This document shows, in pieces, positions 60,039-64,000 of a stretch of DNA of 64,000 nt. This stretch comes from Marsupella aquatica (lineage: Eukaryota; Plantae; Marchantiophyta): the NCBI GenBank assembly GCA_973895155.1, contig OZ316898.1, forward strand, positions 7,675,079 to 7,739,078, written 5' to 3'. The stretch's first letter is position 1. Each line of letters starts with the position of its first letter. The position numbers were made by a program, and so were the translations under genes. The notes beneath the pieces were generated by a model. The model ran no database searches. It was not told the origin of the DNA and saw only the letters and a program-made list of their open reading frames with translations.

Positions 60039-61037
60039 CCTAAAGCTTCTCCCAAGCTTGTCCCAACATGCCGAAACCAGAATGGTCCCGACTCTAACAA
60101 CCAACTCCCAGTTCTCACTCAACTGATAACCTAGGGCCAAATGCACTTGGAACTCAACCTCCATATCTACTTGGCCTTGCCTCCCCAATTCGAGCCCCCT
60201 TGGGAAACTGAATGTGGTTTGGGTGCTATTTTGGCAGGATTTGGAAAGTGGGCGAGATAGCCCGCATAAACCCCAAGAATTTATGGCAAACCTAGTCCCA
60301 TCTTAGCTCAGGAGAATGTAGGCTGCCTTGAGATCTTTCCAACGCACCCAAAAAGTCGTCCAACGGACTTCCCGTTGAGAACTTATTGTCATTTCCGTTT
60401 GATGTTTCCCCTTAGTGTTGCGACCGTCGCGGTTCACGACTTTGGCTTGCCCTTAGCCCCCAGGGAGACACCACTCCCCTTATATATGCTTCTCAAGACC
60501 TGCCTGGACCCCAAAGACCTACTTTGGCCCCCAACCTGGACCCAAACTGCACATTTGGACACACCACCAACTGGCTATGCCCATAACTTTCTAGTTATGC
60601 GTTCATAGGCGGAAAGCCTTAGCCTGTTGTGATTGGGCCGACCCAATGCTCATGCCTAGACCCTCAAAAACCGTCGTTGCTTGGGGCCCCTGAGCAGCCA
60701 AACCTTGGTTGGGCCATATCTCGTGCCCCAAGCGTCCGTTGCGCCTGAAGTAAACTCCATTAGCCTTGGGCCCAAGAGGAGCTCTCACTCAAGCCCTCAA
60801 AACTCAAAGTCCATCCAGGGGTCCGGACGGTCGACCTTGAGCCCGGCCCTTTCCCATGACCCAACCAGCCCCTAGCTAGTCTAAGTCCTTAGTGTGCATC
60901 ACCAACTTAGCACCTTGCCCTCGCTAGTGCAACGCCTTGTTGCCCACTTGTCTCCCCATACTTAGTCCTCATCGGATGGCCGTTCTGGGGCTTGGACCAT
61001 AGAGCTTGACGTCAGACTCAGCGATGCTGGAGCTAAG

Positions 61038-61335
61038 TGTTAAGGTAATCAAGTTCCGCAACTCACACCCAATGCACCAGTCATCGACACAAGTGATATG
61101 TGGTTCACCTTCTCACCGCTATGTCCATAGGAAGACACATTCAAGAGAGCTTTACTAAACTCTAAGCATTTTGGCCATACTGAGTCTCCATTGTGTAAGC
61201 TCTTCTTATCTCTCTGAGATAGCTGGCTGCGTGGTAAGTGAGGTTACAATAAGCCTTAGTTTCACTTATCTGACTATGCTTAGCCTAGCTGCAATTACAT
61301 GTTCTAACCCTAGACCTAAGAATAAATACCTAACA
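61038..61335 (-). mobile_element. Lone (solo-like) LTR related to the copia LTR at 3639-3982
   Basis: TGTT..AACA ends and collinear blocks TCGACACA, GTGGTTCACCT, AGAGCTTTACT, GGCCATAC, AAGCTCTTC.TATCTCTC, AATA.CTAACA. Confidence 0.8.
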
Positions 61336-61360
61336 CTTCAGTATGATAATTAAAGAGTGT

Positions 61361-61772
61361 GTGAATGTAACTATTCAGGGTTTCTATGGAGTCTTCAATA
61401 TCATCATGAAAATTAGTAGTCATGATTGAACCTCTTTCTTACAAAAAGAATTGAAAAAGTAACTCAAAGTCTTTTCAGCCTTCACAGGCTTTACTAGTCA
61501 AACCAAGAAAGGGGCCAGGGGGATTTTAATTGCTTGGAGAGTACACTAGAATGAAGAGTGAGGAATTGGAGTCCAAGCATATGTCAACGTACCTTCAGGT
61601 TGATAACCGAGGAGTTTATGAATGTAATGTCTATTCAGTGTTTCTATGGAGTCTTCAACATCATCTTGAAAATTAGTAGTCATGATTGAACTCCTTTCTT
61701 ACAAAAGGAATTGAAAAAGTAAGTCAAGGACTCGTCATCCTTCACACACTTTACAAGTCAAACCAAGAAAGG
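61361..61772. repeat. ~150-bp direct repeat, ~258-bp period
   Basis: TTTCTATGGAGTCTTCAA..GAAAATTAGTAGTCATGATTGAAC..AGTCAAACCAAGAAAGG occurs twice. Confidence 0.85.
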
Positions 61773-61947
61773 CAATGTTGTAGGAATGCGTCAACCCAAG
61801 AAAGGCAATGTTGCAGGAAGTTGATCTGTTGAGCATGATTATGGACTAAAAGGAAAGGAAAGAAATGAGAATATATCCACGCTCATGCAAAATAGTAGCG
61901 CAAACATGCAAAGTGAAATGATTCAATCGGACAGATATGCATAGTGA

Positions 61948-62310
61948 TTTATTTTATTTTTAAACAAAAAAGGGGAGGAAAAGCCCCCACAAAACAAAAC
62001 CCCAGGGGATGAAATCCGCCCCGGGACAAAGCGGGCCAGCCAAACAAACCAGCAGAACCTGGATTAATCAGGCCAGGCAACCTTGGTGGTGCCCAGCCCA
62101 AAGTCCCAGCATCCAGTGGGTCCTCACATAAGTTTCATTTGCATATCGTGCAGCTGAACCCTAGTCCAACCTTCATCCGGAAACATGGAAGGCTTAAGGA
62201 AGGGTCCCAAACTACTCTGACATGCATGGTGAAATGAGACAATTTTGTCACTTGTGGAAGACTTTCATTCCTCTTTTGCCAGGAACAACTTTGTATTCCT
62301 CTCTCATGAT
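61948..62310 (-). mobile_element. Probable L1-like LINE 3' fragment
   Basis: Minus translation contains ERNTKLF (L1 ORF2 C-terminal W..RN...F-like), followed by a G/T-rich UTR and an A-rich tail. Confidence 0.35.
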
Positions 62311-64000
62311 GCTGTTACTCTCTATCAACAGACCATTTCAACCCAGTTTCATGAGCGTACTCTAATCAATCGATCACAATTAGGTTTGTTGCAGTCTGCA
62401 ACTTGCTTCAAAGATCATTGACTGTAGGTTTTCCTGTGGATGTAGTCATTCTCCTGGGCATTCTCTTGCACTTTGCGTGGGACGGTTTGACCTTCTTCCC
62501 TACATCATCTTGTGTCTGCTACTTACTTTTACAGCATTGCAGAGCAAGTTTTTATAGTTAAAGTACCAAGTTGACTATAGTGTAGTCTGAGTATTGCGTG
62601 TATTTTGCTAGTTTAAATTTCTCTCGGCAAAAACAAAAGAGGTTCTGATTCAAAACCTGTTGGGAAATTCCCAGGGAAAATTTCTGGTTTTGGTCATTTC
62701 CCTTCATATTCGAGGGCATGCAACCGTGGCAGGAACCTAGTCACAGGTTCATATGTAGAAATTTACACCAATTTATTCTAGCTTCAATAAACTTACTTCA
62801 AAATGGCTCAGAATGAATTGTGTATTCTATGTGAGATGCTTGGCCTAGTCTTTGGTTTGAGCCTATAAATGCCAGCTGCTTGGAAGACTATGTAGTTATT
62901 ATTGTGCTATAATAAGTATGACACAGAATACATGTGCTGAACTTCATCTAGAACAATAACTTCATAGTCTTCTAAGCAAAGGAAAGGCAGCTCCAGGCAG
63001 CCCAGCCCAAACAGCATAATCAATGAATTGGTGTGCAGTCAGGCAATGACTCGTCAAGCTGCCCGGCTGACCCACTTCAATCTCTACCCACACATAGCTG
63101 GCCCCTTCTAAGACGCTGCTGTTTTAGTATTCATAATAAATTTGATTCTACCCTATTTAGGAATCTTGATTAGTTTAACTAGTTTTTGAAATAGAGACTA
63201 TCCTATATTATTCAAATGTATTGAAACAATGATTCTAAAAAGGTAATTGTAATAAAAATGCACTCCTCTAAAGTGAGGAGAGCTACGTACTTTTGTGTCA
63301 GACAATTACATTAAATTGAATATATATATATATTAATATATATATATGTACCTTAGCGTACAATACTTTGTGGTTGAAGGAGAGTACACTAGCTTTGAGC
63401 CTCTCTATTTAGATGACACCTGTTAATCTATAAACCATAAACATTGGAAAATTTTGACCAATGGACATGTAACCTACAGGGCATCTTTCATTAATGTCCT
63501 GGTTTAGCCTTGTGAGTATTAAAATTATAATTTCATATATAATCTAAAATGAAAAATATATTTATATAATCTAAATCATGCTCAACCAACCCACTTGAAA
63601 AGTTTTTGTTGGGCCAAGGGTATCTTCTTAGCTGTTGGCTAACGAGTATAATTTGGTAATTGTTTTGGCTACAGGCCTATTATTCAAATGACATAATTAC
63701 ACAACGACTAAATGCAGATCTACATTATAATTCATGAGATCTACCATTCATGACCTACTCAATAGAGTGAAGCCATAGGTCTCTGGTAACAGTTTGTTTT
63801 ATATTTAAACTATGTTTGTGAGTAGGGAGGGGCATGGGGAGTCTGGGTGCAAGGAACCCTTCCTATGTAGCGCACGGGTATTCAGGCTAGTAAACATGGT
63901 TGTCAATGATATGCAGAAGCACCACTCATACTTCCAAATGCAACAGTCACTTACTTATGATTCTTTGGCTTACACCAGCTCGCATAATGGATCACATTGA

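Larger units (their letters stand above)
58545..60110. repeat. Degenerate tandem duplication of a ~550-bp C-rich unit, each copy interrupted by a MITE
   Basis: CACCAATCCCAACACC..CTAAGTGCCCTTGGTGCC, AACTCCTTGAGCAAGCAA.TTGATGCCCC and CTAGCATC.TAACTCAAGC.CAACAGAC each recur. Confidence 0.8.

Overview
Eukaryotic nuclear DNA from a land plant, most plausibly a bryophyte (liverwort-like). This is inferred from GT-AG introns, plant gene families and H1/protamine-like genes, not proven. Left to right: the 5' half of a decayed Ty1/copia LTR retrotransposon (minus, 1-3982); tRNA-Leu(AAG); an alpha-expansin cluster (2 intact genes, 1 pseudogene); TMCO1 with a higher-order tandem repeat just upstream; two tandem intronless non-RD MAP3K-like kinases (minus); two divergently oriented intronless histone-H1/protamine-like genes (plus); a 12-exon synaptotagmin (SYT1-like); a candidate box C/D snoRNA; and a repeat-rich tail with MITEs, a lone LTR and LINE debris. 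Top leads: (1) the H1-winged-helix plus Arg-rich genes, likely sperm protamine precursors, which share unexplained motifs and sit head-to-head with the kinase pair; (2) a perfect ARF-type TGTCTC-N7-GAGACA element upstream of each kinase; (3) the snoRNA candidate; (4) a MITE family with CCCT-x-GG termini and 8-bp TSDs. No database searches were run; all family calls are from motif recognition.
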